DNA of 50,093 bases, from assembly GCA_024642145.1 (NCBI GenBank), contig JAHEBS010000001.1, forward strand, positions 1 to 50,093, read 5' to 3'. How positions within the stretch are numbered: position 1 is the first letter of the stretch; each line of letters opens with the position of its first letter. Below the pieces are notes generated by a model. That model made no database searches, was not told the DNA's origin, and worked only from the letters and a program-made list of their open reading frames with translations. A program made the position numbers and the translations under genes. Positions 49,374-50,093 of the stretch are shown here, piece after piece. The DNA is from Marivivens sp. GTDB lineage: Bacteria > Pseudomonadota > Alphaproteobacteria > Rhodobacterales > Rhodobacteraceae.

Positions 49374-50093
49374 ATGTCACGCTATTTCGTCTATGACGTG
49401 TTCACCGAGACGCCCTTTGGCGGCAACCAGCTTGCCGTCTTTCCTGATGCCGCGACCTTGCCACAGGGCGCGCTGCAAAAGATCGCACGCGAGTTCAATT
49501 TTCCCGAAACGACCTTTGTCTACCCCCCTGCGGATCCGGCCCATACTGCGAAGGTGCGGATTTTCACGCCAAACAAGGAAATCCCCTTTGCAGGTCACCC
49601 CACCATCGGCACTGCCGTTGCGCTGCACGCCATGGGCGCGCCCGAACAGATGGTGCTGGAACTGGGCGTAGGTCCGATTCCGGCCGAGGTGCGGGGCAAT
49701 GTGGCGCGGTTCACCACAGGCCATCCTCTGCAAATTCTGGCCATGCCGCCCGCCGATCTGGTGGCCGAATGCCTGAGCCTTGCGATTGGCGACATCCGGC
49801 TGCATCGTCATGAACCCGTGCAGGCCAGCCTTGGGCTGCCCTTTGTTCTGGTGGAACTTTCGGACCGTGAAACACTCAGCCACGCCATGCCGGTGATGGA
49901 TGCTTTCCGGCGCGGGGCGATGCTGTATCCCGCCGGCATGGACTTTGCGATTTTCTGCTATTGCCGCTCGGGGACGCGGGTCGATGCGCGCATGTTCGCG
50001 CCGATGGACAATATCCCCGAGGACCCCGCCACTGGCAGTGCGGCGGCAACCCTTGCCGCCTATCTGGCCCAGATCGAGGGGCATCAGGTCAAT
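49374..50093 (+). CDS. PhzF-family isomerase, 3' end beyond the window
   Basis: It is not on the ORF track because it has no stop in the window. My own translation from the ATG at 49374 gives MSRYFVYDVFTETPFGGNQLAVFPDA...FNFPETTFV...FAGHPTIGTA...EDPATGSAA, with 240 codons open to the window end. The 235-aa minus-strand ORF on the track is its antisense shadow. Confidence 0.85.
   Translation, partial: MSRYFVYDVFTETPFGGNQLAVFPDAATLPQGALQKIAREFNFPETTFVYPPADPAHTAKVRIFTPNKEIPFAGHPTIGTAVALHAMGAPEQMVLELGVGPIPAEVRGNVARFTTGHPLQILAMPPADLVAECLSLAIGDIRLHRHEPVQASLGLPFVLVELSDRETLSHAMPVMDAFRRGAMLYPAGMDFAIFCYCRSGTRVDARMFAPMDNIPEDPATGSAAATLAAYLAQIEGHQVN

Overview
This is a high-GC chromosomal segment that looks alphaproteobacterial, probably Rhodobacterales-like. 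That placement is inferred from gene content and protein sequences only. All domain and family calls come from reading motifs in the supplied translations, and no database search was run.

Most of the window is ordinary housekeeping. It holds two tRNA genes: tRNA-Asn(GTT), cut at the left edge, and tRNA-Gly(CCC). Recognisable genes are ndk, an ABC-F ATPase, a MarC-family protein, a retropepsin-like protease, glk, a CckA-like hybrid kinase, an rsmB-type methylase, guaB, a zwf-pgl-pgi operon, a cobalamin block (cbiD, cobK, cobA, cobB), cimA, cysS, tyrS, an MttB-family methyltransferase and a PhzF-family gene running off the right edge.

The unusual part is the left 11 kb, arranged as a divergent pair of operons.
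- On the minus strand, a ferritin-like/4Fe-4S/2xCDGSH protein sits directly upstream of a 1344-aa multi-PAS/GAF hybrid histidine kinase with two receiver domains.
- On the plus strand, four tightly spaced genes end at a clear terminator. They encode a SLOG-like domain fused to two SLATT-like 2-TM modules, a protein with two kinase-less DHp-like H-box segments plus a receiver and a TIR-like (DUF4062-type) domain, a CheY-like single receiver, and a pentapeptide-repeat protein fused to a 2-TM K+ channel pore (TTLGYGD).

I read this as a candidate phosphorelay-gated, Thoeris-like nucleotide-signalling and membrane-effector system. I do not recognise it as a described system.

Smaller observations include tandem paralogous membrane-anchored zinc-ribbon miniproteins, a 14-bp perfect palindrome abutting the zwf ribosome-binding site, a triplicated PAS unit inside the large kinase, an orphan non-pyrrolysine MttB, an orphan RACo-like activase, and a divergent AnmK-like gene.

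Many long ORFs on the track are antisense shadows typical of high-GC DNA and were rejected.
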